From Candidatus Thorarchaeota archaeon (GTDB lineage: Archaea > Asgardarchaeota > Thorarchaeia > Thorarchaeales > Thorarchaeaceae), in assembly GCA_016840855.1 (NCBI GenBank), contig JAEORO010000072.1:1-14416 (forward strand): a stretch of 14,416 bases of DNA, written 5' to 3'. Position 1 is the stretch's first letter. The number at the start of each line of letters is the position of its first letter. The position numbers were made by a program, and so were the translations under genes. Positions 1-6,042 of the stretch are shown in pieces. The notes under the pieces were generated by a model that saw only the letters and a list, made by a program, of their open reading frames with translations, ran no database searches and was not told the DNA's origin.

Positions 1-733
1 AATCATGGGAATTGCCTAGTTTTATTCCACTCATATTACTGTGGATGACTTCATTGTGAGTTATATTATTCTTAGAAGAGTCACGTAAACGAATACCATC
101 AAATGCAGACCCACTCACAAAATTGACTGTTATTGAACAGTTACTCGTATAGTCAGCAAGAATACCATATCCGTTCACATTATGAATTGTGTTGTTTGAA
201 AACTCACAATGGTTTGTGCCTAGAGAATACAGACCAACGGAGTTGTCTCCAATGGTTGTCTGAATTGTGTTATTTGTAATTATGACATTATCTGACTCTG
301 TTACCAATACACCGTAACTATCTGATTCCAAAACTGTGTTGTTCCAAACATTTGCATTTACGACTTCCTGTAAAAGAACTCCTGGTGAACCTCCAACTAA
401 AAGACAGCCCCGGATTTCAAAGAACTTAGTAGTATTTTCTATCTGAATTGCAGGGATGCCTGCTGTTGTGATATTCAATCTCTCAATAATGTAGGGATCA
501 ATTGCAGAACCATTACCGTCCCATGAGTTTAGAGATGCCTGGTCTTCAAAATCAGTATCATTTGAGATATGAATTGGAATGTTCTCTGTATACCCTGATT
601 GACCTGAGACAAATGCACGAATTCTTGTTTGGTCTTTCATACCCTTTGAGCTGCTAATGCAATAACTTGTCATCGTCAATGGACACAAAATAATCACAAT
701 AATGCATGCTAGAATCATTGTTTTCCATTTCAT
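1..733 (-). CDS. Secreted right-handed beta-helix (NosD/CASH-type) cell-surface protein, 3'-truncated by the window edge
   Basis: Not in the ORF track; read manually. ATG at 733-731 directly after GGAG, open to position 1. Translation: MKWKTMILACIIVIILCPLTMTS (signal peptide)...PIHISNDTDF...WDGNGSAIDPYIIERLNIT...NANVWNNTV...GVLVTESDNVIITNNTI...GILADYTSNCSITVNFV...GIRLRDSSKNNITHNEV. These are G-I-x-L..S-x-N-x-I-x-x-N beta-helix repeats. Confidence 0.88.
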   Translation of the reverse strand, partial: MKWKTMILACIIVIILCPLTMTSYCISSSKGMKDQTRIRAFVSGQSGYTENIPIHISNDTDFEDQASLNSWDGNGSAIDPYIIERLNITTAGIPAIQIENTTKFFEIRGCLLVGGSPGVLLQEVVNANVWNNTVLESDSYGVLVTESDNVIITNNTIQTTIGDNSVGLYSLGTNHCEFSNNTIHNVNGYGILADYTSNCSITVNFVSGSAFDGIRLRDSSKNNITHNEVIHSNMSGIKLGNSHD

Positions 734-772
734 CTCCAATCTGCTCTCCTTGACTCCCTGCTCTCTTTGTTT

Positions 773-2620
773 TCAGGTTTCGCTAGTGCTTTTCTTTTTG
801 AGAAACATCACTATAATTACAACAATTGCTACGCCTGCAATCCCCACTCCAGCCAATACTAGAACCATAACGTCTCCATCAGGAGGTATGGTCGGTGTTG
901 TCGGTGTGGTTGAAGTCGTTACATGTTGAATTGTAAATAACACCGAAGTTGATTCAGATGATATTCCTTCATCTGATGAAGCAACAACTTTGATGAGATA
1001 GGTATCACCATCATCAAGTTGAGAGATATCCCACTGATAGCTATTCCCAGTTAGTCCAGAGGTTAAATCGTACCAACTATAACCTCCAGTTGATGAATAC
1101 TCTATCGAATAACTCACACTCCAACCCCACGAGTCAATAGATGCACTCCATTCAATCATGATACTTGTGTCAAATGGACCTGAACTATTGGGTGAAGTGA
1201 TTACAAAATCTGACAAAGCATGAGCAATCAAGATGAAATCGCCATCTGATTCATCAGACACAACCAAGCTCTCTGAACATTCAGCAACCACCCGTATCCG
1301 ATAATGTGGTGTTGCCAATTCTGAACTTACGTCCCACTCGTAGTTGGTAGTAGTAAGATTTCCGACTATTTTCTCCCAATCTGCTCCTGAGTTATGTGAG
1401 AAATAGACAGAGTAATTGACTGTATGCCCCTCTGAATCATAACATGGACTCCACTGTATGACAACTGACTCTTTTACTTCTTCACCACCATTCGGATATA
1501 ATACTGTTAGAGGAGTAATGTAGTGGAACACTGGTGGTACTGCGGGGTATGTCAATGGAAATGGATCATCGTTCAATGCAGGTCCTTCTAATTGATATGG
1601 AATATCTACAATCAGGTCAAAATCATCGTCAGGAGTTGTCCAATCACTCCAGTAATTATACAGAACATTTACAGAAACCGCATCATATGCTTGAGAGCTT
1701 CCTCCAACATTGTTATCGATGAACGAATTCCATTTTATGGTATTGTTGCCCGAGGTCGCCTCTATATAGAATGCGTGTTCTGCAGAGTTGCGTATCGTGT
1801 TATTCAGAATTTCATTTAGATGTGCATTGTGAGAGAGATGGATGCCACAGGTATTTGGGTTCAAATCTAGAGGATCAAAGATACGGTTGAAAGCGACTTC
1901 GTTTGAATTTGAATGGTTGGATATCCAAATTGCATTATCATTGCCATACAGTGCATTTCCAATGATACTACTATTATTTGTGTTCTCTAACCAAACTCCT
2001 AGCTCGTCATCATAAACCGTGTTGTTAACTATATCAACATACATCGACCAGTTTGCCCATATGCCATTGTATGTGTTTTGATTAATCTCATTATAGAGGA
2101 CGCTTATATTTGCGGAAGAATTTATCCTGATTCCACTCTCGGATGAATCCTCCACTACATTATTTGTGACATTAATTGATTGACACCCTTTGTCTAGAAA
2201 TATCCCGTGTCGATTATTCACAGCAATATTAGCATGTACAACGCCATTCTTTGCGTTGCGTATATAGATTGCATCCAGCGACCGAGAGATGCTATCAAGA
2301 TAGTTATTTTGAATTATAAAATAAGCCTCTGTGTTTTCAATCACTATCAACTCGAAATTAGCATCAGTAATACTATATCCTTCAATCCGGTATGGGGTAT
2401 TTGCATCTCCTGTCCCAGGAAATCCATAGGAGCTGAAATCACTGTCACTCGAGATGAAGATTGGTCCTCTACTTGTATACGAGGTTTGAAATCCAACACC
2501 TGTTTCTACAGCTTGCATAGAATAGCTTCCATTTTGGAAATACATGTTCACTTCCAAAATTGTGCAATACAATGATGTAGATAATAGAAGAATCAAACTA
2601 AACCACATGTACTTTCTCAA
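773..2620 (-). CDS. Membrane-anchored cell-surface protein: NosD/CASH beta-helix, two Ig/Fn3-like domains, Thr/Pro linker and C-terminal TM anchor
   Basis: 615 aa, TTG start. N-terminal signal peptide; GTGDANTPYRIE motif; repeats GIFLDKGCQSINVTNNVV / GIRINSSANISVLYNEI / GVWLENTNNSSIIGNAL; NosD-type C-cap NYWSDW...DIPY; two repeats of the type 'PNGGE...IQWS...DSEG..V.YSVYFS..SG..W..I...LT...Y.WD.S......Y.I.V.A'; TTSTTPTTPT linker; hydrophobic helix followed by KKK. Confidence 0.9.
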   Translation of the reverse strand: MRKYMWFSLILLLSTSLYCTILEVNMYFQNGSYSMQAVETGVGFQTSYTSRGPIFISSDSDFSSYGFPGTGDANTPYRIEGYSITDANFELIVIENTEAYFIIQNNYLDSISRSLDAIYIRNAKNGVVHANIAVNNRHGIFLDKGCQSINVTNNVVEDSSESGIRINSSANISVLYNEINQNTYNGIWANWSMYVDIVNNTVYDDELGVWLENTNNSSIIGNALYGNDNAIWISNHSNSNEVAFNRIFDPLDLNPNTCGIHLSHNAHLNEILNNTIRNSAEHAFYIEATSGNNTIKWNSFIDNNVGGSSQAYDAVSVNVLYNYWSDWTTPDDDFDLIVDIPYQLEGPALNDDPFPLTYPAVPPVFHYITPLTVLYPNGGEEVKESVVIQWSPCYDSEGHTVNYSVYFSHNSGADWEKIVGNLTTTNYEWDVSSELATPHYRIRVVAECSESLVVSDESDGDFILIAHALSDFVITSPNSSGPFDTSIMIEWSASIDSWGWSVSYSIEYSSTGGYSWYDLTSGLTGNSYQWDISQLDDGDTYLIKVVASSDEGISSESTSVLFTIQHVTTSTTPTTPTIPPDGDVMVLVLAGVGIAGVAIVVIIVMFLKKKSTSET

Positions 2621-2665
2621 ATCTCTTCTCCCCGGAACTAGTACAATATATACAATACCCCATTG

Positions 2666-2680
2666 AATTTTTAAACTTTA
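2666..2680 (-). promoter_or_regulatory. Putative BRE/TATA box for the surface-protein genes
   Basis: Minus strand reads TAAAGTTTAAAAATT, about 45-60 nt upstream of the TTG at 2620, in a divergent intergenic region. Confidence 0.45.
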
Positions 2681-2754
2681 ACCAACCTTGAGAAATCATT
2701 TAGAAGAACTAACCACTTCGAGAATTATGTAAAAGGTACCAAACCCTTTCTCGA

Positions 2755-3096
2755 ATGAGCTACCGAAACCACTATATTACACCCAATTATTCCGCTGGCT
2801 CAATCTTCGATATCTTCGATTACACTTTGGGACGTAGAACTTCAATGACCTCTGATTGCCCTGATGGACTATGTAAGCAAAAAATCCAGGCTGTCGACCA
2901 TGCAATTGGACACTATAAGCATGAGTGGTCGGTTCTTTTGAATTTAACAAATGATAGTAGAGATGTTGAGCATGCTCTTCGTTTCTGTCAAATGTTTAAG
3001 CTAGAATCAAAGGTCAAGATTGAACCTGATGGATATGTTGTACTTGTCAAAAATGAATTATTTCAAATCCCCAGAAACAAATTTCAATATCCCTAG
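2755..3096 (+). CDS. Hypothetical protein, 113 aa
   Basis: ATG-initiated ORF filling the gap between two clear genes. AT-rich TTATGTAAAA lies about 25 nt upstream. Contains CPDGLC and a C-terminal beta-alpha-beta-beta pattern. No confident family. Confidence 0.6.
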   Translation: MSYRNHYITPNYSAGSIFDIFDYTLGRRTSMTSDCPDGLCKQKIQAVDHAIGHYKHEWSVLLNLTNDSRDVEHALRFCQMFKLESKVKIEPDGYVVLVKNELFQIPRNKFQYP

Positions 3097-3116
3097 TGCA
3101 ACTACTCATTATCATA

Positions 3117-3128
3117 CGAACCTTAAAA
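3117..3128 (+). promoter_or_regulatory. Putative BRE + TATA box (leaderless transcript) for the longin/GTPase cluster
   Basis: CGAA-CC-TTAAAA ending 20 nt before ATG 3148. There is no Shine-Dalgarno motif before that ATG. Confidence 0.45.
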
Positions 3129-3147
3129 CGATAAAGAACCCCTTTCA

Positions 3148-4443
3148 ATGGGAGGCAGGTCCGGTTTGCAAGGCCAAAACATACAAGCCATCCTAATCAT
3201 GGAACGTGGCGGCATTCCTTTATTCTTCATGAGCCTTGACCCTAGAGCGCAGGACCTTGACCCTATGCTTGTGTCAGGATTCTTCACTGCAATCCAGACT
3301 TTTTCAAAAGAGGTTGTAGACCGGAGTAGTTCGAGATTTCAGGTTGATTATGGTGCTCGTCTTTTCACAGTTCTTGCTGGTAGTCTAACTGATCTTGTTG
3401 CGGTCAGTATGGGTGAATGTGATGAAGAGGTTATACTTACTCTAACTTCACTTCTTGAGGAGTTTGAAACTATTTGGATAAAAGACATGACCCGTGAGGA
3501 GATGGACACACTCGACATTAACACTGAGTTCACTGATTTCAGAGAAGGTATTCTTCAGAATCTCTCATTCAAACAAATTTTGGGAGGTTGGATTCCATTC
3601 TTTGTCGGAACTTCTTCATCCTCCAGTAAAATGCAAGAGAGTATTGTTGTTCCATTCATTGATGGAAGTCGAAATCTAGACGAGATTATCCTTGAGAGTG
3701 GTCTGAATCGTGAAGATGTTACAATGGAAATCACTCGTCTGTGGGCTCTTGGAGCTCTTCAATTTCGTAGTATTTTAGCTGCGAGTGATGTGGCTGTATC
3801 AACATCGAAACTTGATAGACTTCTTCAAACGTCGTCGCCACAGAGAGCAGAACTGGCTAAGACCAATCCAGAAGTCCTTGGAGTTATTCCCCGGATGTCA
3901 ACACTTTTTGATGGGCGACGAACCGTAGGTGCAATCACAAGGTTTCTCACAGAACAATACTCCGAACGTACATTGATGCAAGCCTTTGATTTTCTTCTGG
4001 AGAGCAAAGCAATCGATGTCTTGTCTCCTGAAAAACGGAGAATCCTATTGACCAAAGAAGCGATGGAAATTGCTATCAAAGTAGCAGAAACTGTGTATTC
4101 CGAAATAAAAGCGTTCGAATATCTTGAAACCTCATTGGCCAAGGTTGCTGTTCCTGAAGTGGTTGGAGAGATTCACCTGACTAATGGTAAATGGGAGATA
4201 ACCTATGGATCTCGTCTTCACGAGGGACTTGATCCTCGAAGATTGATGGAACTCTATGCTGACTGGGTAAAATTACTAGCCCAGTTTCTAAGTGCTCTCG
4301 AGAGATCGAAAATTCATACATATGCAGATGCGTTGACTGATGCTTACTCCTCCTATCTTCTAAAACGGTATACTGCTGATGATCTTCGAGGATTCGAAGA
4401 AATCTCCTACTGGTTGGAGATGAATTGTGTGAGGACGTGGTGA
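3148..4443 (+). CDS. Longin-domain protein with two winged-helix domains (NPRL2/NPR2-like architecture) and a helical C-terminal domain
   Basis: aa ~12-140 show the Asgard-type longin pattern (IQAILIMERGGIPLFF...DPMLVSGFFTAIQTFSKEV, three strands, then helix ...LLEEFETIW). aa ~165-207 (PFIDGSRNLDEI...LWALGALQF) and aa ~250-292 (LFDGRRTVGAI...FLLESKAIDV) are two related wHTH units. Confidence 0.85.
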   Translation: MGGRSGLQGQNIQAILIMERGGIPLFFMSLDPRAQDLDPMLVSGFFTAIQTFSKEVVDRSSSRFQVDYGARLFTVLAGSLTDLVAVSMGECDEEVILTLTSLLEEFETIWIKDMTREEMDTLDINTEFTDFREGILQNLSFKQILGGWIPFFVGTSSSSSKMQESIVVPFIDGSRNLDEIILESGLNREDVTMEITRLWALGALQFRSILAASDVAVSTSKLDRLLQTSSPQRAELAKTNPEVLGVIPRMSTLFDGRRTVGAITRFLTEQYSERTLMQAFDFLLESKAIDVLSPEKRRILLTKEAMEIAIKVAETVYSEIKAFEYLETSLAKVAVPEVVGEIHLTNGKWEITYGSRLHEGLDPRRLMELYADWVKLLAQFLSALERSKIHTYADALTDAYSSYLLKRYTADDLRGFEEISYWLEMNCVRTW

Positions 4444-4447
4444 TAAT

Positions 4448-4777
4448 TTGACTGATTCTGAAAGACCAATTCGCCAACTTGCAGAAATACTAAGTAGACG
4501 AGGCCAGACAATTTATGGAAGACAGACGATTGTAGAGTTGTGTGCAAGATCTGGTGTTTCTCTTCTGAATATACACGACGTAGGAGATATTGACTCAGAT
4601 GAATCACTGCAGAATTTTCTTGTTCAATATTCAAAACTTAGCCCTGCAGCTAAATTGACTATTCTGATTTTATCAAAACAACACGGTGTTATATTACCAG
4701 AAGAACTGCTTGGTAAAAAGAAAGGTCTTCGAGACCGCTTGGAGTCGCTTCAGGAATATTTACCGTGGTCCCCATAA
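4448..4777 (+). CDS. Small alpha-helical hypothetical protein, 109 aa, probably co-transcribed with the longin gene
   Basis: TTG start 4 nt after the upstream TGA. Amphipathic helices (LAEILSRRGQTIYGRQTIVELCARSG; LQNFLVQYSKLSPAAKLTILILSKQHGVILPEEL). Confidence 0.8.
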   Translation: MTDSERPIRQLAEILSRRGQTIYGRQTIVELCARSGVSLLNIHDVGDIDSDESLQNFLVQYSKLSPAAKLTILILSKQHGVILPEELLGKKKGLRDRLESLQEYLPWSP

Positions 4778-4841
4778 TTGTGCCATAATCTTCAGAAAGA
4801 TTGAACTACTATCTAGCTCACTCCATAAGTGGTTATGTCGA

Positions 4842-5354
4842 ATGAGTCCTTCATACTTGTACAAAATCGTGACAGTTGGTTCGTCAGCTGTTGGAAAGAC
4901 CTCCATTATCATTCGATATACCACTGGTAAATTTCGGGAGTATTATGCTCCGACTCTTGGTGCAGATTTTTCAATCAAGAGTTTGGATGTTCGAGACAAT
5001 AAAGTCAAGTTACAGATATGGGACTTGGGTTCTCAGGATTTCTTGGGACATGTTCGTGCTGGTTATTATCATGGAGCTCGCGGAGTCATCTATATGTTCG
5101 ATGTGACTCGACCTGAGAGTCTTGAGGAATTATGGGCATGGAAGAAAGAAGTTGACTCTCAGTTGAAAGGTGCAAAGGTCCTGGTTGTTGGGAATAAAAC
5201 AGATCTCGATAAGGAAAGACGAATTTCTAAAGAAGAAGGTGAAGCGTTCGCAAAGAAATTCCTCGCTGATTATATGGAAACCTCTGTAAAACTAAACAAG
5301 GGTGTGGATGATACATTCACTGTCATGGCAAAGACACTCATGGCTAATGTATAA
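4842..5354 (+). CDS. Rab-like small GTPase (Ras superfamily), 170 aa
   Basis: G1 GSSAVGKT, G2/RabF1-like PTLGADF, RabF2 KLQIWD, G3 DLGSQ, RabF4-like YYHGA, G4 NKTD, G5 ETSVK. No C-terminal Cys. Start reassigned from 4686 to ATG 4842, which avoids overlap with the upstream gene and places the start 7 aa before beta1. Confidence 0.96.
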   Translation: MSPSYLYKIVTVGSSAVGKTSIIIRYTTGKFREYYAPTLGADFSIKSLDVRDNKVKLQIWDLGSQDFLGHVRAGYYHGARGVIYMFDVTRPESLEELWAWKKEVDSQLKGAKVLVVGNKTDLDKERRISKEEGEAFAKKFLADYMETSVKLNKGVDDTFTVMAKTLMANV

Positions 5355-5373
5355 TTCTAGAGTGAAAAAGAAA

Positions 5374-6042
5374 ATGAACCGAAAAGTACCTGCATTCATC
5401 TTGATAATCTTGGTTGGTGTTGGTGTTCTGACCTACTTCCTATTTTTCACTGGAACAATCTCTTCTACTGAACCTGAACTGGAATTTCCTATCCTTGAAA
5501 CAGTAAATATTGAACGAATTGCTGCGTATCGGACGCCTGATTGGGGCGAGCCTAGTGTTTTCCATAATGGGATAGACCTGGTTATCTCAGATAATGTCAC
5601 AATACTCTCTCCAGCAAATGGAACAGCTATAGGGGTTTCAGAGAATGTCAATCCATATGCAGGAAATGTGCTATTTGATATAACAATCAGGATTAATTTT
5701 GCTTGGGAAGTTCATCTGATTCTAGAACCAGGCTTTCAGGATGAGTATAATAATTCTCTACAGTCCAATAATATTCTAGTTTCAGTCAATGATGTCCTCA
5801 AAGTTGGTGACATTGTCGCTACTTTGTTCTATAGTGAGAGTTACCCTCATCTACATTATATGCTGATGCACCTTGGTTCAGATGTGTGCGCCTACAACTA
5901 CTCCTCCCAAGCGGCGCGCGACACTTTTGATGAGATTGCTCTTCGTTCCAGTAGTGTGATTTGTTATCCTCTATCTATTCAAAGTGATGGACATGAATCC
6001 ATAATGGCTGTATTTAGAGCAGAGGAGGTCATTTCCTTCTAA
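5374..6042 (+). CDS. Membrane-anchored M23-family (LytM-like) zinc metallopeptidase
   Basis: N-terminal TM/signal anchor (AFILIILVGVGVLTYFLFF), HxxxD motif FHNGIDL, ILSPANGTAIG, VSVNDVLKVGDIVA and HxH motif PHLHY. Start reassigned to ATG 5374 (GTG 5362 is also possible). The 3' end overlaps the convergent gene by 14 nt. Confidence 0.82.
   Translation: MNRKVPAFILIILVGVGVLTYFLFFTGTISSTEPELEFPILETVNIERIAAYRTPDWGEPSVFHNGIDLVISDNVTILSPANGTAIGVSENVNPYAGNVLFDITIRINFAWEVHLILEPGFQDEYNNSLQSNNILVSVNDVLKVGDIVATLFYSESYPHLHYMLMHLGSDVCAYNYSSQAARDTFDEIALRSSSVICYPLSIQSDGHESIMAVFRAEEVISF

Noticed and set aside
702-2575. Plus-strand ORFs 702-929, 1534-1722, 1592-1819 and 2207-2575
   Set aside because: Antisense shadows of the well-supported beta-helix genes, with no motifs.
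4448-4777. Roadblock/LC7 assignment for the small gene next to the GTPase
   Set aside because: It lacks the alternating beta-strand pattern and the G-x-x-I/L hairpin of roadblock domains, and appears mostly helical.
4686-4841. 52-aa N-terminal extension of the GTPase given in the ORF track
   Set aside because: It overlaps the 109-aa gene by 92 nt and looks non-protein-like. ATG 4842 gives a canonical G-domain start.
5302-5373. N-terminal extension of the M23 ORF
   Set aside because: It overlaps the GTPase 3' end. ATG 5374 directly precedes the basic-hydrophobic signal anchor.
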